In this document: piece after piece, positions 17,032 through 25,604 of the stretch | Numbering within the stretch: the first letter of the stretch is position 1 | Layout of the letters: each line of letters opens with the position of its first letter | From: a virus | Strand: one strand, 5' to 3' | IMG/VR virus record: IMGVR_UViG_3300045988_118684 | Span: 1-40,712 of that record | DNA: 40,712 bases | Translations under genes and position numbers: made by a program | Notes under the pieces: generated by a model | The model's database searches: none | The model's input: the letters and a program-made list of their open reading frames with translations, nothing else | Told to the model about the DNA's origin: nothing

Positions 17032-18175
17032 CACTTGGATCAGTAATATTAAGTGCATAGACAAGTGCAGCATTACTATCTGCTGGTGCACCATAGAAGA
17101 ACTGCTTAGCAGTGAACAGGATTGCATCCTGAATAGCCAATGTTTGATTAAAGTCAGAGATGTTTAAGCCACCAGCCATGTATGCGTCATAACGGCCTTT
17201 AACAAAAGCAATAGCCTTCCCATCTGGAACGTACTGAGATTCAATGATCTGAATGCCATATGGTAGCGCATATACCCACTGACCATTAACGTTTTGCATG
17301 GTCATTGCACGTTCAAAATCAAGCGAAGCACCCGGCTGTACAACCAAAATGGTGTTTCCACGTGCAACTACAGGCTTGCCGTTTGCTTTCTTGGACAGAG
17401 CCTTAATGATGGCCATCAGTTCAAACTTTGCCGTGTCAGCATCTTTGAGAGTTACAGTGCCTGCATCAGCCTTAACAGGATAGGTTGTCACGCCATCGGC
17501 TGTGGCACCTTTTGACGGATCGCGATCAAGCCCAATTGGCTTACTATTACCATCGCCATCGACAAAAGCAGATTCAGATGCGGCCGCAAACGCTTCGGTG
17601 ATTTGGGTAGTAACGTATGTGCGTACCCATGCCGGACCGAATGAATCAAGATCATTAGGCAGCACTACGAATGCCGTCAGTTTACTCATTTCTGCATCAA
17701 CAGACGTGAACGTAGCATCAAGCTGCCCTTGAATATCGCCAAAAATCTTGCCCCATACAGCGGCACCTGTAGCATCAGACTTCCAGATTTTCAAGCGCAC
17801 ACCGTTGTTCTGCAAACCAATCGCTTGCAGCAGAGGGTGATTAGAAGTCAGATCTTCGAAAATCTTGTCCACAGTGGTTTGTGGAATAAGCTGGTCGTTT
17901 TTGAACCCAGTATCAGTCGAGATATCATTGAAGAATTTAACTTCATCTTGTGTCATCTTCACATCACCGGTGTTGGCTGCAATGATGTTATCAATTTCCT
18001 CTTGGGTTTTATTCTTAAGTTTCTCTTGGAAGCTATTGAGATCAGTGGAAAGCGCGTCCATCATTTCACCAAAGGCCTTGCCTTGGGCCTCAGCGTCACC
18101 GCCACTTTTGACAATGTCTGCGAATGCCTTTTGTTTTTCCGCAAAGGTATCTAAATTCTTAAAGCTCATAGTCAT
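17006..18175 (-). CDS. Major capsid protein (HK97 fold family)
   Basis: 389 aa. It follows the ClpP-type prohead protease and portal. Confidence 0.9.
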   Translation of the reverse strand: MTMSFKNLDTFAEKQKAFADIVKSGGDAEAQGKAFGEMMDALSTDLNSFQEKLKNKTQEEIDNIIAANTGDVKMTQDEVKFFNDISTDTGFKNDQLIPQTTVDKIFEDLTSNHPLLQAIGLQNNGVRLKIWKSDATGAAVWGKIFGDIQGQLDATFTSVDAEMSKLTAFVVLPNDLDSFGPAWVRTYVTTQITEAFAAASESAFVDGDGNSKPIGLDRDPSKGATADGVTTYPVKADAGTVTLKDADTAKFELMAIIKALSKKANGKPVVARGNTILVVQPGASLDFERAMTMQNVNGQWVYALPYGIQIIESQYVPDGKAIAFVKGRYDAYMAGGLNISDFNQTLAIQDAILFTAKQFFYGAPADSNAALVYALNITDPSATPASTGE

Positions 18176-18196
18176 ATTTTTATGACTCCTTTCGTA

Positions 18197-18928
18197 TTAA
18201 AAAAGGAACCCTGCAAACTTGCTTTGCTTAGGTTCCTCATGGGGTTTCAATTTATTTGCAAGCTTTTCTGCTAATTCATCGGTGTCAATCTTCATAGCCG
18301 GTTCTGTTGGCTTGTCCTTGATTTCTCGATACTCCTTAAGAGCATCAACGATCTCTTTTGTCAGCATCGTTTTTGGTCCCGCTACCAAGGTAGGCTGTTC
18401 CTCAAACATAATTTCATCAACAAATCCAATATCTTTGGCCTGTTGTGCTGACATATACGTTTCGTCCGCCATTAGCTTGAGCATCTCATCAGCTGTTTTT
18501 CCGGTTTTTGATGCATACAAGTTAGCAAATTGTTTATCTTGCATTGAAAGAACATCGCTGTACTTGTCAAGATCACCGGAGTTTCCAGAAATGCCAGAGA
18601 CTGACACACGGTGAATCATGAATGTAGCCGTCGGTGCCATCATAATCTTGTCAGCTGACAGTGCTACTACTGTAGCTGCAGATGCTGCCTGACCGATAAT
18701 CTTAGCCGTTACAGTTCCGGGATAGTCTTTCAAAAGCGTCGCAATTGAGCTCCCGGCGGTAACCAATCCACCTGGACTATCAATTTCGACTACAACGTCT
18801 GAATTATCAGTCGGAAGCATTTCACGGATCGCGTTTGGAGCTACTAAATCCAGTCCCCATGACTTCATGACACTCGCAGTCTCATCATCAACAAGCTGAG
18901 TGTTAATTGGAATTACTGTCGTCATCAT
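18197..18928 (-). CDS. ClpP-like prohead serine protease
   Basis: VEIDSPGGLVTAG...IIGQAASAATVVAL...MIHRV is present. ATG ATG at 18928/18925 follows GGGAGGTGATA. The tracked start at 19033 lies inside the portal gene. Confidence 0.85.
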   Translation of the reverse strand: MMTTVIPINTQLVDDETASVMKSWGLDLVAPNAIREMLPTDNSDVVVEIDSPGGLVTAGSSIATLLKDYPGTVTAKIIGQAASAATVVALSADKIMMAPTATFMIHRVSVSGISGNSGDLDKYSDVLSMQDKQFANLYASKTGKTADEMLKLMADETYMSAQQAKDIGFVDEIMFEEQPTLVAGPKTMLTKEIVDALKEYREIKDKPTEPAMKIDTDELAEKLANKLKPHEEPKQSKFAGFLF

Positions 18929-20069
18929 TATCACCTCCCTTCGTTGCTTCCTCATAGTTCTTTGTGATGTAATATTTTTGGCCGCTTCCGTCTGGAATTG
19001 GATCATCGCCAAACCAGCTTCGCACAGTGTCACGATTGTATACGCCGCTTGATACTAGCTTGTCTATTGCATCGCTAAGATTAAGAGCATTAGGCTTATT
19101 CAGTCCCCAAACGGTGACCTTATCTTGATCATATGAAGACTGACTTACAGCCTTGGCATTTAACTCATCCTCAATTTTTTGATTAAGCGGAGCAATGCAG
19201 AAATTTAATAGTTCTTGTTGATTCTGATCAACCTCCGCCTGTGCACCGTGAATCAATGCTGGTGGAATTCCTAGAATTTCGGCAACGCTGTCAACTGCCT
19301 CTTTACGTGCAGCAGTAATGTCAGAAAATGCCTGATCTGCGCCACTATACTGGCTCGAAACTTCGTCGTACTTAATACCCTTTTGTAAAGGCACAATTGC
19401 AATGTCGTTGTCTCTGAATGCACTAAAGAGCTTATCAATAAATTTCTGAGCTGGATTCTCTTTCTTATTGCCATTCGCATCATCTTTAGGCGTTTGGCTA
19501 TCAAAACTTGTAACGCCTGAGAAATCCACCGTTGCTCTTAGCTGCTTGTTACGCATGGCAAAACTAATCATGCGGCTGAATAAATTAGCATAGTCGGACA
19601 GCAACTGATTTGTGTATGTGGTTAGGTTGTCGTTGTTGTATTTGATAAACCAAACGTCATCCATTCCAAACACACGCTGAAACTGATAGTCATTGACCAC
19701 CACTCCAGAAAACGTATCAGGATATACTGCCTTGACATTATGAACGTAGCTGTCAGCAATCAGTAGGTCGCCTGTATCGTCCTGAACGACCAGCACTTCA
19801 TTATCTGTGATGAGTTTAAAGATGAGTTCCTGCCAAAAACTTGTCGCTGTTTGGTTATAGTTTGGCCGGACATTCAGCTTGTAATAAAGCGCTGAATTTT
19901 TAGTTTTGAACTCGGACTGAGAAACCGTTCTAGCTAAAAAAGAAGCACACGTATTTAATGCATACTGTTTCAGGTAAACTTGCGTCTGCTGCCCGCCAAT
20001 TAAATCGAGATCATAGGCAAAGCTGGCATCTTTTCGTTGAGTAAACAGATCAAATAAGTTGAAGTTCAC
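18903..20069 (-). CDS. Portal protein (HK97 family)
   Basis: 388 aa. The GTG start follows AAGGAGGTG. It lies directly after TerL. Confidence 0.9.
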   Translation of the reverse strand: MNFNLFDLFTQRKDASFAYDLDLIGGQQTQVYLKQYALNTCASFLARTVSQSEFKTKNSALYYKLNVRPNYNQTATSFWQELIFKLITDNEVLVVQDDTGDLLIADSYVHNVKAVYPDTFSGVVVNDYQFQRVFGMDDVWFIKYNNDNLTTYTNQLLSDYANLFSRMISFAMRNKQLRATVDFSGVTSFDSQTPKDDANGNKKENPAQKFIDKLFSAFRDNDIAIVPLQKGIKYDEVSSQYSGADQAFSDITAARKEAVDSVAEILGIPPALIHGAQAEVDQNQQELLNFCIAPLNQKIEDELNAKAVSQSSYDQDKVTVWGLNKPNALNLSDAIDKLVSSGVYNRDTVRSWFGDDPIPDGSGQKYYITKNYEEATKGGDNDDDSNSN

Positions 20070-20083
20070 GCTTTCACCTCCTT

Positions 20084-21775
20084 TCAGAAGTCGAGGTCAT
20101 TCAAAAACGCCAGCGATTCGCTGACGTCCACATCGGATAATTCATTCACTCGATACAACGTATATTCAAAGGCCTTAAAGCCATCTGTCTTACGACGAGT
20201 TTCCTCTTTTTTCTCATAGGACTTGTTCCCATTTGCCTTGTTTACCTTTACCAGTACGTTCTGTGTGTTCCAGCGAAGCAAGGGGTTATCTCCCCAGATG
20301 AAACGTCCTCTTGGAAAACCATCGTCAATGATCGATGCCAACAAACCGTCAATAGAAGTGGGATTGCGAATGATATCAACTTCAAAATTGGCATCCTCGA
20401 ACATTTTCCGCATAATCTGAGCACGGTAGTTATCCATAACTACCTTTTTTATGTCGAATCGATGTGCCATTGCTTGTATCCACTCTAATGCATGTCTAGG
20501 ATCCATAAGTGGCTCGTCAACAACTTCGATAAGTCCCATTCTTTCCCAGTCGTGAAGTGGAATATTAAGACGCTGATTTGGTGTCGCAATTCTGTCCTTT
20601 CGACTGTATGCGTAATATTGATCACAGAAGCCCTTCCGTGCCCACTGCTTTTCAATGGTTACTAATTTATCTCGGTACCTAATCGTTACTGCAGCGGCAA
20701 TGAAATCTCGTACACTGGCAAAATCCACTGCCCCTATTGCCTCTCTGCCGTCTAAATCATGCGGAATCGGTTGATTAGTTGCTGCAATCTCTTCCCAAGG
20801 CGCAACACTACTGTTCATTGACGTGCTGGGATAGTCCATTCTCTTTGTTAAAAACTCCTCACGTCCGCTTGGTGCTTCTACTAATGCGTCGTAGTCTTTC
20901 TTGATTTGTCGATAAAGGGTCTTACCATACGATGACAACGGTTTTACAATCATTGGAACGGCTTTTTCCCACTTTTCTGGATCATCAATTTCAGACACAT
21001 CGTCGATTTTGCAAATCCAAGGAAATATGAAATCTGGCGCAGCCTTTCCACTCAAGACATTGGCTGCTTGCTTTTTCTTAGTATCAATGAAGCCATCGCG
21101 CACATAGCCATCGGTCCCAATATAAAAGACACGAGGATTTTGCTTTTTGCCAAGCCCTGATAAGTGGACTTTGACATTGCTGTCATCCTGATATTCATGA
21201 ATTTCATCGAAGATAACGAAACCATCTCGTAAACCATCTTTCGTGTTGCCGTTAGAAGTTCGATATCTCAAAGTAGAATTGGTCTTTTTAGCTTTTATGA
21301 GACCGTTTGTCCAGTAGAATGCGGGTCTAAGCTTTGGTCGATTTGATTCCATTACATCGTGAATTTCTTCAACCGATATTTTTGCCTGGTCTTCGCTGTT
21401 AGCAACGATTGAACCGTTATATGAAGGTATACCGTTAAATTCTGATATCAAAAACGTCCCTAACGCCGAAATCAATCCGTTCTTACCAGAGCCACGACCC
21501 ATCATCCACAAAAAGTCTTCATAATAATTGGTCCCGTCTTCGTGGTACAAAAAAACGAACGCAATCAAGAACTTCTGGAACGGCTGAAGTTTGAAAAACC
21601 ACTTCTCACTGAACTTAATGCAGTTCTCAATCTGCTCGTTGTCAAAATGCAGTGTGTCGTCAGATAGCACAGACTTTTTTAGATAATCAACAAGCTGAAT
21701 ACGTTCCTTATTAAACAGCAAGTGCCCTTCTTCATAATCCTTGATGTAATCATCAACATACTTGTTATGAATCAA
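20084..21775 (-). CDS. terL: Terminase large subunit
   Basis: 563 aa with Walker A MGRGSGKNG, Walker B-like VIFDEIHEY, and a C-terminal nuclease region. The TTG start overlaps the TerS stop. Confidence 0.95.
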   Translation of the reverse strand: MIHNKYVDDYIKDYEEGHLLFNKERIQLVDYLKKSVLSDDTLHFDNEQIENCIKFSEKWFFKLQPFQKFLIAFVFLYHEDGTNYYEDFLWMMGRGSGKNGLISALGTFLISEFNGIPSYNGSIVANSEDQAKISVEEIHDVMESNRPKLRPAFYWTNGLIKAKKTNSTLRYRTSNGNTKDGLRDGFVIFDEIHEYQDDSNVKVHLSGLGKKQNPRVFYIGTDGYVRDGFIDTKKKQAANVLSGKAAPDFIFPWICKIDDVSEIDDPEKWEKAVPMIVKPLSSYGKTLYRQIKKDYDALVEAPSGREEFLTKRMDYPSTSMNSSVAPWEEIAATNQPIPHDLDGREAIGAVDFASVRDFIAAAVTIRYRDKLVTIEKQWARKGFCDQYYAYSRKDRIATPNQRLNIPLHDWERMGLIEVVDEPLMDPRHALEWIQAMAHRFDIKKVVMDNYRAQIMRKMFEDANFEVDIIRNPTSIDGLLASIIDDGFPRGRFIWGDNPLLRWNTQNVLVKVNKANGNKSYEKKEETRRKTDGFKAFEYTLYRVNELSDVDVSESLAFLNDLDF

Positions 21776-22083
21776 AGCAGATCATCAGGATCATATCCCG
21801 TACCCTTTCCATCAATGCCAGGCGGAGCGGACAATCCCATGTCCTTGCCAAGTGAAATTAGGCTTGCATTGATCTTGTTCATATCAGCCAAAGCAGGATT
21901 AGATTTAGTGAAATGCTGACTGCCATTCTCAATTTCAATAATTGGCTGCTTGATAGCTTCTTTTTGAAGCTTGTAGAACATGTCAACCATTGAAACATAT
22001 CGATCCACCTTCTCAGTTTCAATTGGATTAGTCTTGTCTATCTGAGACAAGAGCCTGTTTTTAAGCTTATCTAGCTTGTCCAT
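21772..22083 (-). CDS. terS: Terminase small subunit (P27 family-like)
   Basis: 103 aa containing NPALADMNKINASLISLGKDMGLSAPP. It lies upstream of terL. Confidence 0.8.
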   Translation of the reverse strand: MDKLDKLKNRLLSQIDKTNPIETEKVDRYVSMVDMFYKLQKEAIKQPIIEIENGSQHFTKSNPALADMNKINASLISLGKDMGLSAPPGIDGKGTGYDPDDLL

Positions 22084-22222
22084 GGATTATCACCTCCCAT
22101 TTTTGGTATAGGGTACCCCCCCTCGCGCGAAAAAAAGAAACATTTTTGCGGAAGTCGAGCCCGTCCACCGGTCCCCGAATTTCAAAATGGCATTGAATTT
22201 TTTGACCCGGGGGTATGTTATT
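22084..22222. other. Candidate cos region
   Basis: A 139-nt non-coding gap between HNH and terS, containing GC-rich blocks (GGTACCCCCCCTCGCGCG, GAGCCCGTCCACCGGTCCCCG, GACCCGGGGG). The HNH plus P27-terS arrangement is typical of cos packaging. Confidence 0.35.
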
Positions 22223-22558
22223 TCACCATCTCTCATCGTTGGCATACGGATTTTTTGGTCTCCCCAATCGTTTATAATTGAATCGTCCGTGTCGCTTGTT
22301 GTGACAGTCGCGGCAGAGTGTGCGCAGGTTATCTGGTTCAAGGGCTAGGTCTGGACGTTCCTCTAGCGTCTTGATGTGGTCAATCTCCAGTGTCATGTCA
22401 TTGCCAGTAGTCACGCGTCCTTCCGCTTTGCACCATTGGCATTCATAGTGGTCACGTTCAAGAACTTGTTCGCGCAATGCTTTCCATTCAGGTGAACGAT
22501 AGAAGTGTGCACGACCAGCGTGGCTGTGAACATCTCCCGTATAAGATGTGTTAGTCAT
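22223..22558 (-). CDS. HNH endonuclease (packaging-associated)
   Basis: Contains YECQWCKAEG...EIDHIKTLEE...NLRTLCRDCHNKRH. Confidence 0.9.
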   Translation of the reverse strand: MTNTSYTGDVHSHAGRAHFYRSPEWKALREQVLERDHYECQWCKAEGRVTTGNDMTLEIDHIKTLEERPDLALEPDNLRTLCRDCHNKRHGRFNYKRLGRPKNPYANDERW

Positions 22559-23000
22559 CTTTGTCAGTCAACGAGCGTTCGCCGGTCTTGATCTCCTTAG
22601 GCATGTTATAGCCATCTTGTTCGTAATGCTGAATGTCGTGGATGTTATCAATATCGATACGAACATGCGGAGTGCTTGCGTGCCGTGATGACCGCTCCTG
22701 CTTGTGATGATAGTCATTCAGTGCTTTGTCTAGCTCTGCAATAAATGATTCGCTGAATCCTGCATGATCTGGTAGCTCAACGCTTTCGATATCAGGCAAC
22801 TTAGCATCACATAGACCATACGCAGTTAAGGTTGGCGAAACTTCCGGTGTCGTGTCAGCCTTGATGTTTTCGACCGCGTTCTTGATCTTGTCAAGTTTGG
22901 CCATAAGCGGATCGATGTTTGTATCTAACGTAACGGTTATCTTATCGATTCCTTTTTTACCTGAGAAGTGTTCTTTCAGTCGTTTCACTACTTTAAGCAT
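22551..23000 (-). CDS. Hypothetical protein (149 aa)
   Basis: A long ORF whose stop overlaps the HNH start (ATGA). No family was recognised. Confidence 0.6.
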   Translation of the reverse strand: MLKVVKRLKEHFSGKKGIDKITVTLDTNIDPLMAKLDKIKNAVENIKADTTPEVSPTLTAYGLCDAKLPDIESVELPDHAGFSESFIAELDKALNDYHHKQERSSRHASTPHVRIDIDNIHDIQHYEQDGYNMPKEIKTGERSLTDKDD

Positions 23001-23012
23001 GTGTAATTCCTC

Positions 23013-23336
23013 CTAAGATAATATGATTGCCGAATAGGAACCGATACCGTCAATGTTTATACCAGTAACATCCCATCCTGATTTCGTTAGCAAACTGATT
23101 ACTTCATTAACAACTGCCGGATTGTACTTGGAAACGCCAATTGAGATTGGGGATGTAGTATTAATTCCTTGATTAATGGCATCGTTCACATCAGCAATCA
23201 GACTGTCTTTGTATTTCTTAGTTGCATTGGCACGAGTTGGCAGTGATCCTTCCATTTTTGGTAGCACTGGTGCTGGTGGAGGCAACTGACGGTGAGACAA
23301 TTGCCTACTTTGGCCTTTAGCATTATCGAATAGCAT
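23013..23336 (-). CDS. Hypothetical protein (107 aa)
   Basis: An ORF in the operon context. No family was recognised. Confidence 0.55.
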   Translation of the reverse strand: MLFDNAKGQSRQLSHRQLPPPAPVLPKMEGSLPTRANATKKYKDSLIADVNDAINQGINTTSPISIGVSKYNPAVVNEVISLLTKSGWDVTGINIDGIGSYSAIILS

Positions 23337-23338
23337 GT

Positions 23339-23668
23339 TTATCCCTCCGTGTATTGTTTAATCTTGTCAACCCGCAAGTCGCACCATTCATCATGTGTGC
23401 CGTCTGCTTTGTAGATTGTTACGACTGGCATTGAACGATAGCCTAGCTTGCGGAACCGCTCGTAGTCGTCCGCGTCTGCTGTGATGGTTTGCACTGGCAT
23501 GACTCGTGACAGCTTGAATACTGTTCGCCGGCACTTTTGGCAGTGAGGCTTCGTGTAGATAATTGCTTGCATGTGCTTTTCTTCTCTCGATAGTTTCTCA
23601 ATGATTGCTTGCTCTGTGTGGCTTACATATCCATAACCGACTCGCTTCATCGCATTAATTGAGCTCAT
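23339..23668 (-). CDS. NrdH/glutaredoxin-like redoxin
   Basis: Contains IIYTKPHCQKCRRTVFKL...GYRSMPVV (a CxxC thioredoxin-fold pattern). GAGGTG lies 6 nt before the ATG at 23668. Confidence 0.65.
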   Translation of the reverse strand: MSSINAMKRVGYGYVSHTEQAIIEKLSREEKHMQAIIYTKPHCQKCRRTVFKLSRVMPVQTITADADDYERFRKLGYRSMPVVTIYKADGTHDEWCDLRVDKIKQYTEG

Positions 23669-24872
23669 AAGTACACCTCAATCGCGTGTCGTCATAAACG
23701 AACGCATACAGCAGATGTTTGCCCGTGGTGAAGCCATTCTTAATCTCATAGGGATCATTTGGCTTTGCTGTTCCAAGCTGGCGCCACATAATGCCACGAT
23801 CATCTTTAAACCGCTCGCTATGATAGTGGCCTGAGTGAAGTTCGTATGTTTTTGCCAAATTGAATATCTTCTTGTACTCAAATGGAAAAAGTCCTGTCAG
23901 CTTGTCCTTGGCTACATCTCCGTGGGCGAGCATAATGCCAACATGCCCTAGCAAGTATGCACAGCGCCAGTCGGTTGCCGGATTACTGTCATTAAGATCA
24001 ACGTGTACTTGTGGATAGCGATCTATCAGCGCATAAAGAAAAGCGTATTCGAGATCACCTGAATGGTTACCGAACACGCTCTTGATTGAGACGCGATTGC
24101 TATATTCAATTGCCAGCGGAACAATTTGATCAAACAGCTTCACTGCATCATGGAATGCCTGACGCATGTTTGCGTGATCTAGTTGTGTCCCTCTAACCGT
24201 TTGTGTTGCATGAATCTGATCACTATGGAACAGATCTCCCAATTGCTCGATCACAATCTCGTTGTAGCCGTCCATGATGATCTCTCTAAGTTGGCTCACC
24301 ATGTCTTTTAGATCGGCGAATGTTGTCCAGCCAAAATGCAGGTCAGGCAATGGGATGACTAAGTTGCGATCGCCCGATTTCTTCATGCCGTAATTGACCG
24401 GAATGATTTTGTCGTTGAACGCTTCAGCCATTTCACTTATCGATAACCCTTGTTTCGGCTTTACGCGAATATGAATGCTGTATTGCGGAACTGTGCCGTC
24501 TTCGGTACTATGCTGCTCATACACTTTGTAGTCGCCTAACACCATCTCGAACTTATCAGGATCGTATCCACACAACTCCATCAAAGTTCGTGGGTCTTTA
24601 TTTGGCTCATGCTTGAGTCTCATTAAGGCCGTGACCGTTTGGCTACCATCAGCATTAAGGGCGACTTTTCTATCAACGGGTTTGCTATTTCTATCTGTTT
24701 TCGCTGAATCGTATTCGTTCTTGACTGGTTTTTGGAACTCGACACCAAGCCGTCTTGCTTTACCTTGAAGCGCATCATAGCTAATCCCGAGTTTGTCGGC
24801 CGTCTCTCGTCTGGTAAAGCCTTCAGAGGCGAGCTTCCTAATGCCACTGATTTGTTCATCTGTCCATTGCAT
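23655..24872 (-). CDS. GcrA/Myb-like HTH fused to a calcineurin-like metallophosphoesterase
   Basis: The N-terminus is QWTDEQISGIRKLASEGFTRRETADKLGISYDALQGKARRLG. Phosphoesterase motifs PDLHFG, GDLFHSD, GNHSGD and SGHYHSE are present. Confidence 0.65.
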   Translation of the reverse strand: MQWTDEQISGIRKLASEGFTRRETADKLGISYDALQGKARRLGVEFQKPVKNEYDSAKTDRNSKPVDRKVALNADGSQTVTALMRLKHEPNKDPRTLMELCGYDPDKFEMVLGDYKVYEQHSTEDGTVPQYSIHIRVKPKQGLSISEMAEAFNDKIIPVNYGMKKSGDRNLVIPLPDLHFGWTTFADLKDMVSQLREIIMDGYNEIVIEQLGDLFHSDQIHATQTVRGTQLDHANMRQAFHDAVKLFDQIVPLAIEYSNRVSIKSVFGNHSGDLEYAFLYALIDRYPQVHVDLNDSNPATDWRCAYLLGHVGIMLAHGDVAKDKLTGLFPFEYKKIFNLAKTYELHSGHYHSERFKDDRGIMWRQLGTAKPNDPYEIKNGFTTGKHLLYAFVYDDTRLRCTYELN

Positions 24873-24997
24873 CTACTCGCCTCCGAAAATATGTATAAAA
24901 ATAGCACCTCACGAAAAGTGAAGTGCCATGGTTTTGCTCGCTCTCCCAGTGTCAGATGGGGTCATCGCAAGCTGTGTCCGGTCGCTAAACTGGACAA

Positions 24998-25061
24998 TGT
25001 GGCATGCGGGAATCGAACCCGCCTGACTATCTCAGCCAGTCCATTTGCCACGCCTTGCCAC
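24998..25061 (-). other. tRNA-like fragment (T-arm + acceptor 3' strand); not a canonical tRNA
   Basis: The - strand reads GCGGG TTCGATT CCCGC ATGCCAC A (25022..24998). The possible 5' partner GTGGCAA occurs twice (25061, 25051). No D-arm or canonical anticodon loop could be folded by eye. Confidence 0.3.
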
Positions 25062-25160
25062 AGCTTTATCATCACCATGGCTCGGAGGAAAAATGCGGTG
25101 TCTCAGGTTTCTCACCTTTGGCACAATACAATCATATGACGGAAAAACAGTTAAAAGGTC

Positions 25161-25598
25161 TCACAAAGGTCTCATCTCGATTTCAACCAATGGACAAATC
25201 TCGGCGAATGCGATTAGCGCTTCTCGTTTTGTTCGATAATACTGGGCTTTTGATAAAAACAGCTTGTCCATTATTTGCTGGTCAGTATATCGTTTGGTTA
25301 AGTAAGAACTTGTTAGTATAAGCCGATGATTCGCTGAATCCAGAGATTCGATAGCACCTTCGCAGCACGCTATATAGTATAGCTCGTCAGCGTACGATAC
25401 GAGCTTTTCCTCGGCTTTGTTTCCATAGCTAGGTGACTTGGGCATGCCGTCCATTACGGGGCTTCTGAGCGCTATTTTGGTGCGTTGAGCGAGCCGCTTG
25501 TGATGCCAGTAGTTCCCCAAGACCTCTTTGGCGTTTTCAATTGTTTTGTCATGATCAATTGGGCTAAAATATCTCGTTGCTCGCACCACCGCGTCCAC
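25161..25598 (-). CDS. arpU: ArpU-family late transcriptional regulator
   Basis: About 145 aa, containing SPVMDGMPKSPSYGNKAEEKL. The tracked GTG at 25598 abuts the SD, so GTG at 25589 (8 nt after AAGGAG) is the more likely start. Confidence 0.8.
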   Translation of the reverse strand: MDAVVRATRYFSPIDHDKTIENAKEVLGNYWHHKRLAQRTKIALRSPVMDGMPKSPSYGNKAEEKLVSYADELYYIACCEGAIESLDSANHRLILTSSYLTKRYTDQQIMDKLFLSKAQYYRTKREALIAFAEICPLVEIEMRPL

Positions 25599-25604
25599 TC
25601 CTTA

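Noticed and set aside
22090-22341. An 83-aa ORF overlapping the HNH gene and the cos spacer
   Set aside because: It lies in an alternative frame of the HNH 3' end, has no SD and has an implausible composition. The spacer is better explained as cos.
24998-25061. A functional phage tRNA gene
   Set aside because: Only the T-arm and acceptor 3' strand are canonical. No D-arm is present, the candidate anticodon loop lacks U33, and the total span of 53-63 nt is too short. It was kept only as a tRNA-like fragment.
25045-25239. + strand promoter-like TTGCCA-16-TATCAT (25045..25072) with a 48-codon ORF after GGAGGAAAA, antisense to the arpU 3' end
   Set aside because: The promoter match is moderate, the SD spacing is short and the peptide is unremarkable. 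It could feed the + strand terminator at 25638..25668, but the evidence is too thin to call.
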